A stretch of DNA of 64,000 nt from a virus. Location of the stretch: the IMG/VR virus record IMGVR_UViG_3300009104_000012, positions 1 to 64,000 of that record; one strand, written 5' to 3'. Positions 34,967 to 44,776 of the stretch are shown here, one piece after another (position 1 is the stretch's first letter; each line of letters opens with the position of its first letter). The notes under the pieces were generated by a model. The model ran no database searches. It worked only from the letters and a program-made list of their open reading frames with translations, and was not told the DNA's origin. The translations under genes were made by a program, and so were the position numbers.

Positions 34967-35125
34967 CTAGTCTTTCTTTAGTATTGCCCAAGCGCCGTAA
35001 GCGATTGCAGCCCAAGCTGCAATGTGAGCAATAGGACTAAAAAATAAAACCACAACACCCATACCGATTAATACTCCACCGTGTAAAGATGTTAGTTCTT
35101 TAATTCTTCCTTTAATAAACTCCAT
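34967..35125 (-). CDS. small two-TM holin-like protein (52 aa, not in ORF track)
   Basis: SD AAGGAG; MEFIKGRIKELTSLHGGVLIGMGVVVLFFSPIAHIAAWAAIAYGAWAILKKD; directly upstream of the spanins. Confidence 0.65.
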   Translation of the reverse strand: MEFIKGRIKELTSLHGGVLIGMGVVVLFFSPIAHIAAWAAIAYGAWAILKKD

Positions 35126-35141
35126 ATTTTTTCTCCTTTTT

Positions 35142-35723
35142 TTATTTTATCTTGGCGTTAACTTTTCTATGTTTATTCCAAGCCATAAATCCACCTAGTC
35201 TCAAAGAGTAGTATGCTAGGTAGTTCATAAGATAGAATCCATTGACTTCTATATTAATATCTCTAAAGATTTCATCTGATCGTTTTTGAGATATAACACC
35301 AAGGGTATCTTTCTTATTTTGTCTTAATAGTGTCTGATACTTATAAGCATAATCGTGTACCAAACCACCCATTAATAACACACCAACTGGTGATAAAAAT
35401 GTATGCAAGAATTTTGGTATACTTGCACCATCAAATTTAAAACCTGCTGGTATAATATATTTATTTCCGTTTAATACATACTCAAAATCTTCTACAATTT
35501 CCCAATGTCTAACACCGAGCAACCATAAAAGAATTCCTTTAAAAAAACCTTTACCTTTTGTTCTTATTGGTATTGGTTTCATTGTTGGCATTTCTGTATA
35601 AGCAAATGTATAACAACTAGCTTTCTTCTTATCAAATAAATTGATAATTAATCCTGCTATAACAACTAATATTAAAATTGTCCACATCCAAAATTTCATT
35701 GCTAAACTTATTAATAATTCCAT
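35142..35723 (-). CDS. DUF1353 protein with N-terminal TM
   Basis: IPAGFKFDGASIP, VHDYAY, SDEIFR, LRLGG. Confidence 0.8.
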   Translation of the reverse strand: MELLISLAMKFWMWTILILVVIAGLIINLFDKKKASCYTFAYTEMPTMKPIPIRTKGKGFFKGILLWLLGVRHWEIVEDFEYVLNGNKYIIPAGFKFDGASIPKFLHTFLSPVGVLLMGGLVHDYAYKYQTLLRQNKKDTLGVISQKRSDEIFRDINIEVNGFYLMNYLAYYSLRLGGFMAWNKHRKVNAKIK

Positions 35724-35724
35724 A

Positions 35725-36198
35725 TTATTTCTTTCCCTTACCTTTTAATTTTGATATTATTTTTTTAGCGGTAAGAAATGGTCTCATTGTTCCTGGTGCT
35801 TGAGCAGAATGGTTAGCATTTAAACCAACACCTCTGCTATCTCTTCCACCTTGACCTTTCGGTGGTTTATCACCTAAACTTTTCATTGGCGATATACTAT
35901 CAAAACTTCCTAGTCTAACACCACCAAGATATATATTCTCTTGCTTACCATAGCTTTTTTCATCTATAATTTTATCGGCATTATCTAGTTTATCCAATAT
36001 CTGTTTCATAACTACATTATTATTGTCATCACTTTCTTGTACTTTTCTTTTCAAAGTACCCATAACAGGATTTTTTTTCTTTTTCTTATCTACTCCTGGT
36101 TCGTGAGTAGGTGGTAATGCAACATTAGCACCTGAACCAACAGCATTTGTTGGGGCGTCCTCCGACCACAATTCTTTAAACTTTTTGTAATCTACCAT
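35725..36198 (-). CDS. hypothetical head-associated protein
   Basis: Likely start MVDYKKFKELWSE, followed by EDAPTNAVG. Confidence 0.65.
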   Translation of the reverse strand: MVDYKKFKELWSEDAPTNAVGSGANVALPPTHEPGVDKKKKKNPVMGTLKRKVQESDDNNNVVMKQILDKLDNADKIIDEKSYGKQENIYLGGVRLGSFDSISPMKSLGDKPPKGQGGRDSRGVGLNANHSAQAPGTMRPFLTAKKIISKLKGKGKK

Positions 36199-36667
36199 AT
36201 TCTTCCTCTGGATATAATTCTCCATTAAGTTCATAAATGTCAATACCAAAAGCAGTACACATAGGTTTTACTCCTTCAATGATAGGTTTTTCTTCTCTCT
36301 CTTCAAGTAAAACCCTTTCATATTCTCCCATTTCTTTTAACCATTTTATAACAGCACTTTCTAAAACCATTTGATGTTTTACATAACTTTTATCTTCTCT
36401 AATTAATAGAGCCATAGCTACACCAAAAGCAGCTAACTTACTTTTTAAACCAACTCTTTGTAATATCCTTTTCAGGTTAAATACAAATCGGTGTAATATA
36501 GTATAAGATTTTCTTTCTTTAGACGTCTTTAATGTCTTTGACTTTCTTAATACTTTACCTCTATTATCTATAATTCCGAAGGCGTAAGCCTCTTGCTTTT
36601 CCCAAGGAGTTACCAATAGTTTAATAACCCTATATGTTATTAATAAATCAATTGCTCTACTAGCCAT
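36176..36667 (-). CDS. conserved T4-like hypothetical protein
   Basis: YRVIKLLVTPW...GIID..G...HRFVFNLKR motif. Confidence 0.75.
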   Translation of the reverse strand: MASRAIDLLITYRVIKLLVTPWEKQEAYAFGIIDNRGKVLRKSKTLKTSKERKSYTILHRFVFNLKRILQRVGLKSKLAAFGVAMALLIREDKSYVKHQMVLESAVIKWLKEMGEYERVLLEEREEKPIIEGVKPMCTAFGIDIYELNGELYPEEEYGRLQKV

Positions 36668-37029
36668 TATACTTCCTTTAATAAATCTATTATATGTTTA
36701 TCTTCTTTAACATCTTCTAATTCGTGTGGATAAAGATAGTTTAAGTATTTAAAAACTGGTTTTAATATCTTCCAATATCGTCTATCAATTTTATACAACA
36801 ACAAAATTACACTAGCTTCTACACCAAACACATTTTGCAATACAATAATATGGTTAAGTATTAACCTAATTTTTATATCGTTTGTAACGTCATACTTACG
36901 AAATAACCTTTTAAGATATTTAAATCTTTTTAAGTCTTCGTAAAACTCTTCCTCTTTTTCAAGAGTAGGGTTATCATAATTGTGTTGTGCAAATAAAAGC
37001 CAATTATCTTTTGTAATATCCTTAAACAT
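36667..37029 (-). CDS. conserved marine T4-like hypothetical protein
   Basis: FAQHNYDNP...EFYEDLKRFKYLKRL...LILNHII. Confidence 0.8.
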   Translation of the reverse strand: MFKDITKDNWLLFAQHNYDNPTLEKEEEFYEDLKRFKYLKRLFRKYDVTNDIKIRLILNHIIVLQNVFGVEASVILLLYKIDRRYWKILKPVFKYLNYLYPHELEDVKEDKHIIDLLKEV

Positions 37030-37049
37030 AATCTAAAATTCAAAAGATA

Positions 37050-37478
37050 TTAAACTAATTTTGCATAAACTTTAGATGAACCGTTTTGTAATGTTTCGTG
37101 CTTAATTTCGATTTTCATACCATCAGCTTTTCTATGACTGATACCATCATCATCTAAATCCGTTCCATCTGTATCTTTACCTTTTCTGCCACCATATTGT
37201 GTCATTTCTGCTGTGATAGATCCACTAGGTCCGTCCAACTTAGCGTCAAAATCTAAACCAATTGTGTTTAGTTTCATTTTAAGTTGTTCAACTGCACCTT
37301 GAGGATTGATATACTCTCCATCACCAATAGAACCGACATAAGCATTCACTTTTTGCAATACAGCTGGGTCTTGTATGTTATGAGCGCCTATATTTCCATC
37401 TTCTGGAGAATTAGACGTGGTAACACCTACACCCATTGTATTAAGGTCTTCTTTAACGTGTTCCTTAAATCTTTTCAT
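37050..37478 (-). CDS. hypothetical protein with capsid-targeting-like N-terminus
   Basis: MKRFKEHVKE start. Confidence 0.7.
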   Translation of the reverse strand: MKRFKEHVKEDLNTMGVGVTTSNSPEDGNIGAHNIQDPAVLQKVNAYVGSIGDGEYINPQGAVEQLKMKLNTIGLDFDAKLDGPSGSITAEMTQYGGRKGKDTDGTDLDDDGISHRKADGMKIEIKHETLQNGSSKVYAKLV

Positions 37479-37489
37479 TTCCTTTTCCT

Positions 37490-37729
37490 TTATTTAACTA
37501 GTGTAGCTGCAGCTACATTAGCTTGTTTGCCTGCCATTTCAGTATCTATGTCCTGTCCTAGCATAGCAATAAATTTATCAGTTTGTTGAATCGCACCGTT
37601 CAAAGCATTTAAATTTGCTTTCATCTGACCTAAATCCGTTTCAACTCCTTTAATCTTTTCGGCATAACCAGTAAATTCTCTTTCGAGTCTTTGCTTTTCT
37701 GCCTTTAATGTTGTTTCATCAATTTTCAT
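37490..37729 (-). CDS. coiled-coil hypothetical protein
   Basis: 79 aa, SD AGGAG. Confidence 0.7.
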   Translation of the reverse strand: MKIDETTLKAEKQRLEREFTGYAEKIKGVETDLGQMKANLNALNGAIQQTDKFIAMLGQDIDTEMAGKQANVAAATLVK

Positions 37730-37747
37730 AATTTCTCCTAATAATTA

Positions 37748-38209
37748 TTATGCGACAGCGTAACCGTGTCCACCAATTATATTCCAGTTGGAATTTTTAA
37801 ATAACAAATGCACCGTTTCACCTGGAGCATTCAAAGTTATGTTAGCACCACCTCTTAAATTTGTAGGTGTTATAACTAATGCTTCTGTTCCTGATGTTGC
37901 TGTGTCTATTATAATTTTAGTTTGTCCATCTGCACCGTCAGCTATAGAACAAGCTCCGCCACCACTAGTTGCGTTAATTTCTGTAATTTGAGAAGTAACG
38001 TCTACTACTAATGCTGAAGAACCATCTGCTGTTAATGCTTGTGATACTTGTTTTAAACCGATCCAAGAAGGTACATTATTGAACACATCAGCTGACGTGA
38101 CCTTTTTATTGATTGGTGTACCAGAAGGATCATCTACTATATGAAACAAATCTACGGCCGCTAAAGCGTCACCGAGATCAGTTAGGGCTGTAATTTTTTT
38201 ATCTGCCAT
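37748..38209 (-). CDS. putative virion structural protein
   Basis: MADKKITALT start, G/T/A-rich beta composition, late promoter upstream. Confidence 0.65.
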   Translation of the reverse strand: MADKKITALTDLGDALAAVDLFHIVDDPSGTPINKKVTSADVFNNVPSWIGLKQVSQALTADGSSALVVDVTSQITEINATSGGGACSIADGADGQTKIIIDTATSGTEALVITPTNLRGGANITLNAPGETVHLLFKNSNWNIIGGHGYAVA

Positions 38210-38285
38210 TTTATCTCCTTATTAACCCCTTAATGGGGAATGCTACTCCGTGCATATACACGGACCACTTTATTAATATATGTAC

Positions 38286-38293
38286 TATTTATA
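38286..38293 (-). promoter_or_regulatory. T4 late promoter
   Basis: TATAAATA, intergenic. Confidence 0.75.
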
Positions 38294-38328
38294 AAAGAAA
38301 AAAGGCGCCAAAGATTATTCGGCGCCTT
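38294..38328 (-). terminator. rho-independent terminator
   Basis: AAGGCGCC/GGCGCCTT stem followed by a T-run on the minus strand. Confidence 0.8.
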
Positions 38329-38353
38329 CTTTAGTGTTGATTTCTATAGACTA

Positions 38354-38641
38354 TTAAGCGTCTGCTGAATTAGTCAATGCGACTAGAGTTTCGTGTGATA
38401 CACGACCTGATCTGCCACCAGAACCAGTTGTTTTCAAGTTCCAACCTGCGTGAGCCATTGCTACCGTTGTTTCTGAATCTTTGTAATTGAAAAGACCCAT
38501 AGTAACCCCAGTAATAAAATTGTCTGCTGTTGTATCGTTGAAAAGGTCAGTACGATTAGCACTAGACCATTCTTTTCTGATTGCTGCTACAGACCATAAT
38601 GGTGCTCCAGCTGCTTCGTCTTTATTTGTATGACTTGACAT
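38354..38641 (-). CDS. small putative virion protein
   Basis: HAGW...GRSGRVSHETLVA motif; has its own late promoter and terminator. Confidence 0.7.
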   Translation of the reverse strand: MSSHTNKDEAAGAPLWSVAAIRKEWSSANRTDLFNDTTADNFITGVTMGLFNYKDSETTVAMAHAGWNLKTTGSGGRSGRVSHETLVALTNSADA

Positions 38642-38695
38642 ATTATTCTCTCCCTTGTTTAATTGTTAAGGTACTCAATTTTTACTATATGTTGG

Positions 38696-38703
38696 TATTT
38701 ATA
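38696..38703 (-). promoter_or_regulatory. T4 late promoter
   Basis: TATAAATA, intergenic. Confidence 0.75.
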
Positions 38704-38801
38704 AGATTAATGATTGAAGGATAAAGATTAAGACACCGATAGCGACAGAACAAGCCAAGATCCCTGCTATGGTATATACGGTGTTCATCTACTCGTATTT
38801 A

Positions 38802-39317
38802 TTAGTACCCTAACCTTTGTAATTGTCTTATAGTATTTGATGTTGATGTATGGAAAATTGCTATACCACCTTTTGATTTCCATTGGTCTACATTTCTTTT
38901 AAAATCATCTATTAATAAGTTAGGTCTACCAGCAGTCTTGGCATATAATTGTTTTTCTATTCTCTTAACTAAATGTAATCTTGAATTAGGTACACTTAAA
39001 TATCTCATAGCCCATTTAGTTTTACCTGCAATGCAACTAGGGTCTGTAGATGGATCTACATATGCTGATAGTATATGTGGTTGAAAAGGAAGTATCTTTT
39101 GCCATAAAGCTTTACCGTCTCTAGTCCAAGGCATAGTGTCCCAAAAATTAGGATAATTTTTGATTGGTTTCCATTTATCTCTTATTGATTTATAGACCGT
39201 TTTAGGTTCTTTCATCCATTTTGCAATGGGCATACCTGTAGCTCGTTGTGCTTGTGTGATAAAATCACATAACACTCCGTCCATATCACAATAGATTGTT
39301 GGTAAATTGTCCTTCAT
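38802..39317 (-). CDS. HAD-family 5'(3')-nucleotidase/phosphatase
   Basis: YCDMDGVLCDF, ILSA, K, LIDDF...W...GG. Confidence 0.85.
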   Translation of the reverse strand: MKDNLPTIYCDMDGVLCDFITQAQRATGMPIAKWMKEPKTVYKSIRDKWKPIKNYPNFWDTMPWTRDGKALWQKILPFQPHILSAYVDPSTDPSCIAGKTKWAMRYLSVPNSRLHLVKRIEKQLYAKTAGRPNLLIDDFKRNVDQWKSKGGIAIFHTSTSNTIRQLQRLGY

Positions 39318-39334
39318 AAAGTCCTTTATGAAGA

Positions 39335-40603
39335 TTATCGGGAATAATTTATCTTCGGCTCTGTATCTACTTTAGCAGGTTTTCTACCAGTCAAAGTTTT
39401 GGTAACATCTTCGCCTACAATAGGTGGTAATGCAACAACAACTGGTCCATCACTATCTTTTTTTGCTTTTTGGAGTACCGTCTTCGCTTTAGCTACATCT
39501 TTCTTTGCAACATATAATTTTCTAAATCTAAATTCTCCATCTATACCTGCGTCTTTTAAATGATGTAATATATTGCCTTCATAACCTTCATTTACTTTTT
39601 CGTTTAGTTCATTAATTTGGTGTTCTAATGATTCCTTTTTCATCTTATCTTTAAGATGTTTATAAGCAACACCAATAGTTAAAGGCACTTCTCCTGTTTC
39701 TTTATTCGGTTGTGGTTTAACTACCTTATTTTTTTCGTTTTCTATTTTAGTTTTAAGAACATTAACTTGTCCTTGTAAAGTTAAGATTTGTTTTTTTAAT
39801 GCTTCGGGGTCCTCTTGTTTACCTGAATCTGAACCGTCCATCTTATCTCTTTTTAATCTAATCTTTGCAATCTTAACACCAGGTTTATTATCTTTTTTAA
39901 TTGCTGGAACATCTGCTGTAGAAGCTTTTTCTTTTTCATCAGCCTCTTTCATAGAAGGATCATAATGTCCAACTTTGACACCAAAACGTTTTTTCTTTGC
40001 TCTTTTCCAAATACTACCTTTTCTTGAAGCTGTATTTGCACCGTCTCTTTCCTCTATGTCTTGACCTTTAGGTTCGTGTTCTGCTTTTTTGAATTTTTTA
40101 TCGCCGTGTTTACCACCAGAAGCTTTTCGAGCACCCCATATTTCGTCTATTGATTCTGGTATTATTTTAATAGCTTTCATTTTAGAAAGGTTACCTGTCT
40201 TATACCAATCAATCCATTTTTGGGCTTCTTTTTCTGTCTTATAACTACCGTGTACAAATTTACCACCATCTGTTTTAGTAACCTGTACGGTAAATTTTTC
40301 AGTTCTTAATTTTTTAAGGTCTGAACCATCAATCTTATTGTTCTTATTTAAATCAATCTTCTTTTGTTTTGGAGTTAATTCTTCTTTGATACCTTTTTTA
40401 ATCTTAGCGGGGTCTGATTTTTTACCTGCTGGTACCTTTTGAATCTTTCCGCCTTTAGCAAGAAAGTCTTTCATCTGTTTGTCAAATGCTTTTTGTTGGT
40501 CTGGTGTTCTAGCTTCTAATTTAGTATAGATTGGTTGGTTTTTAGCTGCTATAGCTGTAGCCATTTCTTCTACACTACCTGCTTTACTTTTTAAATAACT
40601 CAT
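39335..40603 (-). CDS. Lys-rich putative internal head protein
   Basis: Low complexity, many xxE sites, EF-hand-like DLNKNNKIDGSDL. Confidence 0.65.
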   Translation of the reverse strand: MSYLKSKAGSVEEMATAIAAKNQPIYTKLEARTPDQQKAFDKQMKDFLAKGGKIQKVPAGKKSDPAKIKKGIKEELTPKQKKIDLNKNNKIDGSDLKKLRTEKFTVQVTKTDGGKFVHGSYKTEKEAQKWIDWYKTGNLSKMKAIKIIPESIDEIWGARKASGGKHGDKKFKKAEHEPKGQDIEERDGANTASRKGSIWKRAKKKRFGVKVGHYDPSMKEADEKEKASTADVPAIKKDNKPGVKIAKIRLKRDKMDGSDSGKQEDPEALKKQILTLQGQVNVLKTKIENEKNKVVKPQPNKETGEVPLTIGVAYKHLKDKMKKESLEHQINELNEKVNEGYEGNILHHLKDAGIDGEFRFRKLYVAKKDVAKAKTVLQKAKKDSDGPVVVALPPIVGEDVTKTLTGRKPAKVDTEPKINYSR

Positions 40604-42225
40604 TTTTTTGCCTTATCTCCCCGTTTATGCTGTAGCCATAATCTCTCAAATGTTTTACTAGCATTTTCGTTCTTATATTTATCCTTTTTAACTGGTGTAC
40701 CATCTTTGTCTTTGTAATGTGGTTTATGACCTTTATTTTTCATAGACCAAGCAAGAGCATATGGATTATCAATCTTTGGATTATCTTTCATAGCTCTAAC
40801 AGAACCTTCCCAACCTGGAGGAGAAACTTCCTTAATTACTTCTTCTTTTTTCATATTATAATCTGCGTCACCATCATCTATAATTTTATATCTTAAATCT
40901 TTTGCCATTGCCTTAACTTGTTTGTCAGAATCTTGTCCTCTATTACCTGCTGTAATTTTTAAAGTACCAATCTTTGAACCTGTTTTGATAACAAACATTC
41001 TTTGATTGTTTCCTTTAAGAGTAAAAAATCTGTCTCTTCCTCCAGCAGTTTCACCACTAAATGTTCCATATTTTTTAAGTGTATTCATATCTACAGGTGG
41101 ATTAAAATTAATATCTGTACTTTCTGTTAGTTTTTGTTCAACTGGTGATGTATTTCTACCCATTTTATCAATCTTAAAACCTTTAGCTCTTAATTTCTGT
41201 GCCTTGTTTTGAATATCTTGTAATGAAGAACCGTCTTCAAAGCCTGCGTGTTTGCCATACTTATCACTATAAGATAATCTGAAAGGTGCTTTAGCTTCTC
41301 TTAATGTAAATTCTTCTTTAGCAAGTTTTGATAACACATTTATATTTGCCTGACTTATTGCAATCTTTGTAGGTTCATCATAACCTTTAATCATTTTTCT
41401 AATCGCTGGCGTTACGTCACTTGGTTTTTTAGTTGACCATAATTTTTTAATATTGGCAATCTGAACATCATTTAATTTACTTCTTAAATAATCATCACCA
41501 ATATCCTCTTGTACTTGGTCTCTTGTCTCTTCTGTTTCTACACCTGCAATAAAGAAAGCTGAGTGTTCACCATAACTTTCGGTAACTGGCATTTTCTTTT
41601 GTATCATACGTGATAAAGCAAGACCAGATATGAAAGGTATCTTTTTCTTTCTTAATCTGTTCAAAGCACTATCAGGTATTCTATCAAAGATTTTTCTTAA
41701 TTTGTTTGCGTTAGGTAATGAAATAGTTTTACCTTTCATATCAGCATATGATTTTGCCAATGCGTCTAGTTGAGCGTCTGTAAATTCCATTATGTCTTGT
41801 TCAAAGGCTTCAATTAAAGAATTTTCTAATTCAGTTTCTTCATTAGCTCTCTTCAATGCATTAGCAACACTTGGATGTTTTGCTAAACCTTTTGCAATCT
41901 TTTCAATAGCTGCATAAGCACCTGAATAATTACCGCCTTTGTATCTAGGGTCATTTAATATACCAAATGCCATCTTGATTTGTTTATCAGTATATTCTAC
42001 TATAGTTCCTTCACCTAGTATATCTTTAACCGTTGATACTGATAATTTTAATTTCTTTGCTATCTCAGCAGCACTAGCACCATCATCACGCATTGTTGCT
42101 ATGTCTTTCATTCTGCCTTCTTCAACAGCAGCTGCTTCTTTTAGAGCTAGACCTAAATTGCCTAAACCTTTTTCGTTTCTTTTAGCTACTTGCGCTAAAG
42201 CGTCTGACATTCTTAATAAAGCCAT
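40600..42225 (-). CDS. modular putative internal head protein
   Basis: Short repeated modules bounded by (I/L/V)xE sites; EVSPPGWEG...NPYALAW motif. Confidence 0.65.
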   Translation of the reverse strand: MALLRMSDALAQVAKRNEKGLGNLGLALKEAAAVEEGRMKDIATMRDDGASAAEIAKKLKLSVSTVKDILGEGTIVEYTDKQIKMAFGILNDPRYKGGNYSGAYAAIEKIAKGLAKHPSVANALKRANEETELENSLIEAFEQDIMEFTDAQLDALAKSYADMKGKTISLPNANKLRKIFDRIPDSALNRLRKKKIPFISGLALSRMIQKKMPVTESYGEHSAFFIAGVETEETRDQVQEDIGDDYLRSKLNDVQIANIKKLWSTKKPSDVTPAIRKMIKGYDEPTKIAISQANINVLSKLAKEEFTLREAKAPFRLSYSDKYGKHAGFEDGSSLQDIQNKAQKLRAKGFKIDKMGRNTSPVEQKLTESTDINFNPPVDMNTLKKYGTFSGETAGGRDRFFTLKGNNQRMFVIKTGSKIGTLKITAGNRGQDSDKQVKAMAKDLRYKIIDDGDADYNMKKEEVIKEVSPPGWEGSVRAMKDNPKIDNPYALAWSMKNKGHKPHYKDKDGTPVKKDKYKNENASKTFERLWLQHKRGDKAKK

Positions 42226-42623
42226 TAGCCAAATATCCTTCCGATTCTTTGTCTGTATAAGTGTCCACCGTGAGTATCATAATTACGTTTTAAATTAGTC
42301 ATATAAGTTCTGTCTAATACATTACCTCTAGGACCTTTAGCTGGCGCATTAAAACTGGCTGGTTTTAAAACATCTCCAGTATTCTTATCTATAAAACAAT
42401 TGATACTTCGTCTGCTACCTTTTTCCACATTATAAATTTTAATGTATTTCGGGCCTACTGATTTATCTAAATCGTTTTTTTGACGTGCGTATAAGTCTTT
42501 AAAAGTAGGGTGATTTTTATATTTCTCCCTACCTATTTTCATATACTCTTCTGCGCCTTTGATAACTGCAGCTTGATTAACCTGCTCATTAACAAGTTCT
42601 CTAATTTGTTTATATGTTTTCAT
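42225..42623 (-). CDS. conserved phage protein with capsid-targeting-like N-terminus
   Basis: MKTYKQIRELVNE; GPKYIKI...FIDKNTGDVLKPASFNAPAKGPRGN. Confidence 0.75.
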   Translation of the reverse strand: MKTYKQIRELVNEQVNQAAVIKGAEEYMKIGREKYKNHPTFKDLYARQKNDLDKSVGPKYIKIYNVEKGSRRSINCFIDKNTGDVLKPASFNAPAKGPRGNVLDRTYMTNLKRNYDTHGGHLYRQRIGRIFG

Positions 42624-44776
42624 TATTTTACAAATTCTTTGAAGCTCTTAAATCTCTCATCATCTTCAGCTAAATCTTCGTGCATACGCATTGTTGCGTC
42701 CTCCAATTTAACTTTCCATTCTTCGCCGTATCTTTTCTTATATTTATCTATTGTAGACTCTGAAGCAGACCAATCATCAATATCCTCTTTGGTTATTTCT
42801 TTTTTAGCCTCTGGAGCCTGTTCAGCTCTCTTCTTGGTATCTACAGGTTTTTCACTTGGTGTCTCACCTGGTGTAATCTCTTTAGTATGGTTGGCATAAT
42901 CAGCACCAATTTCATACGCTTCATCTTGTTCTTCTGAACCAACCAAATCTTTTTTAAATTGGTCTAAAGATTTTTTATCTTCGTTCATTTCTTTATCCTT
43001 TATCTTGTCTGATACCGCTTCAAAACCATAATCTACATTAAGGTTATATTCTCTCAATATTGCTTCTTTATCAGCAGCTACTGGCATACAATCCCAAATC
43101 CAACATTTGTGTAAGTTTTCATTGGTGTCTTCTATCAGTACATAATTTGTACCTCTTCTCTTGACTATGCCTTGTAAATTTTCTGTTATACTTTTAACGG
43201 TATCGTTTATGTTAAATAATTGTTCTCTTATGTAAAGGTCTCTAACTTGTTTTGCTTCAAACTGACTTCTTAAATTTACCATTGGTTTGACACCTTTTTT
43301 ACCTGTAACGTGTATCATACCACCAGCTGTGTCAGCAGCCAAGTTCATACCTTTTCTGACCGATTTAAATAGTAATTCACCACTTCCAAATCCACGAGGT
43401 AAACCTCTTTTGAAGGTAGCAAAATCGTTTTGAGCAGCAGCACTTCTCATCTTGCTTGCACTCATACCCATTGCCCCCTCAGCGTCTGGATCTCTTTCAC
43501 CAGCTGACACTACGTTAATATTCTTAAAATTATAATATCCGTGTCTGCTTTGTACATCATTATATTTTTTTAAAATGGTATCAAACTCTCTTACTCGGTC
43601 ACTACCAACCACCATTGTTATATCGGCGTAATTTTGTTTGTATAGTTTTGTTGCTATATCCAAAATCATATTGGTAGTATTAATCTCTATGTCTCTAGCA
43701 TATCTAGGAAACATCTTTTTCATATAGCTTAATTTCTCACTAGGACTTAATGGGTTCTTTTTATTATCTTCTGACCTACTAATATAAATTTTATGTGTGT
43801 CAGCTCTAATCCCTTTAACTTTATTAATAAGCTTTTCGTGTCCTATTGTCGGAGGGTTAAATCTACCAAAAGTAAACGCCATATGCTTTTCAGTAATAAC
43901 TTCTTCCTTGATTTTACCTAATGATTTAATCTCATCATCTGTTACCTTACCATCATCTAATATCTCTTTAAGTTTCTTATAAAGTTTTTGATAATGATAT
44001 TTTTCTAGGTATTTGTAAATAACATTTTTAGGAAGTTTGTGTTTCTTACCAAATTTTCTTATTTCTTCTGGTGACATATCATTACCGAAGGCAGCTTGTC
44101 TGTCTTCTAACGATTTATCTCCTATTTTTACTAATATTTTAATACTCTCTTCAATCTCTTCTAACTTTTCATTTATTAATTCTTGCAAGTCTGCAACATC
44201 ACTTGGTTTCAAACCTGTAAGTTCTTGATAGTCAATCAGGTCTCTTTGTAATTCTCCTGTAACCACATCAATTTCTTGTACCTTTTTTTGGAATTCTTTT
44301 TCGTATTGTGTTTTATCAAACTCATCACCTGTTGGTTTTCTTATCCAATCATTTGCTTTAATGTCAAATATACCATCAGCCATATTATCATTTTTCTTTT
44401 TTAATTCTGGATCGGTAATAACATAATAGTTAATTGGATGTTTTGTACCTGGTACCAATTTGCCATTTATATTCTTTAAAGTTTTGGCAATTCTTAATCT
44501 TACTTCGTCTCTCTTTGCCTTTGGTACACCAAATAATACATTGATATCCAAATCAGCGTCATCACGGTATCTCTTTGTAAGAATAGAACCAATTAAACTA
44601 TGCTTAATTACAGGTGCCTCATCATTGAATTTTTTAAGCTGATCATTAATCATATCCAAAACTACCTTTTTAAGTTTTGGATTTGGAGTATCAGCTTTAT
44701 CAAATACACCTTGCGAGTATGTTTTTCTAGGTATATCAATAATTGATTCTTCTAAATGTTTTTTAAATTGTTTCAT
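42623..44776 (-). CDS. fusion of a Pol-beta-type nucleotidyltransferase and an HxGH cytidyltransferase-like domain
   Basis: IGSILT...DADLD (GS...DxD); TFGRFNPPTIGH, MVVGSDR, SAGERDPD, MSASKMR. Confidence 0.8.
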   Translation of the reverse strand: MKQFKKHLEESIIDIPRKTYSQGVFDKADTPNPKLKKVVLDMINDQLKKFNDEAPVIKHSLIGSILTKRYRDDADLDINVLFGVPKAKRDEVRLRIAKTLKNINGKLVPGTKHPINYYVITDPELKKKNDNMADGIFDIKANDWIRKPTGDEFDKTQYEKEFQKKVQEIDVVTGELQRDLIDYQELTGLKPSDVADLQELINEKLEEIEESIKILVKIGDKSLEDRQAAFGNDMSPEEIRKFGKKHKLPKNVIYKYLEKYHYQKLYKKLKEILDDGKVTDDEIKSLGKIKEEVITEKHMAFTFGRFNPPTIGHEKLINKVKGIRADTHKIYISRSEDNKKNPLSPSEKLSYMKKMFPRYARDIEINTTNMILDIATKLYKQNYADITMVVGSDRVREFDTILKKYNDVQSRHGYYNFKNINVVSAGERDPDAEGAMGMSASKMRSAAAQNDFATFKRGLPRGFGSGELLFKSVRKGMNLAADTAGGMIHVTGKKGVKPMVNLRSQFEAKQVRDLYIREQLFNINDTVKSITENLQGIVKRRGTNYVLIEDTNENLHKCWIWDCMPVAADKEAILREYNLNVDYGFEAVSDKIKDKEMNEDKKSLDQFKKDLVGSEEQDEAYEIGADYANHTKEITPGETPSEKPVDTKKRAEQAPEAKKEITKEDIDDWSASESTIDKYKKRYGEEWKVKLEDATMRMHEDLAEDDERFKSFKEFVK

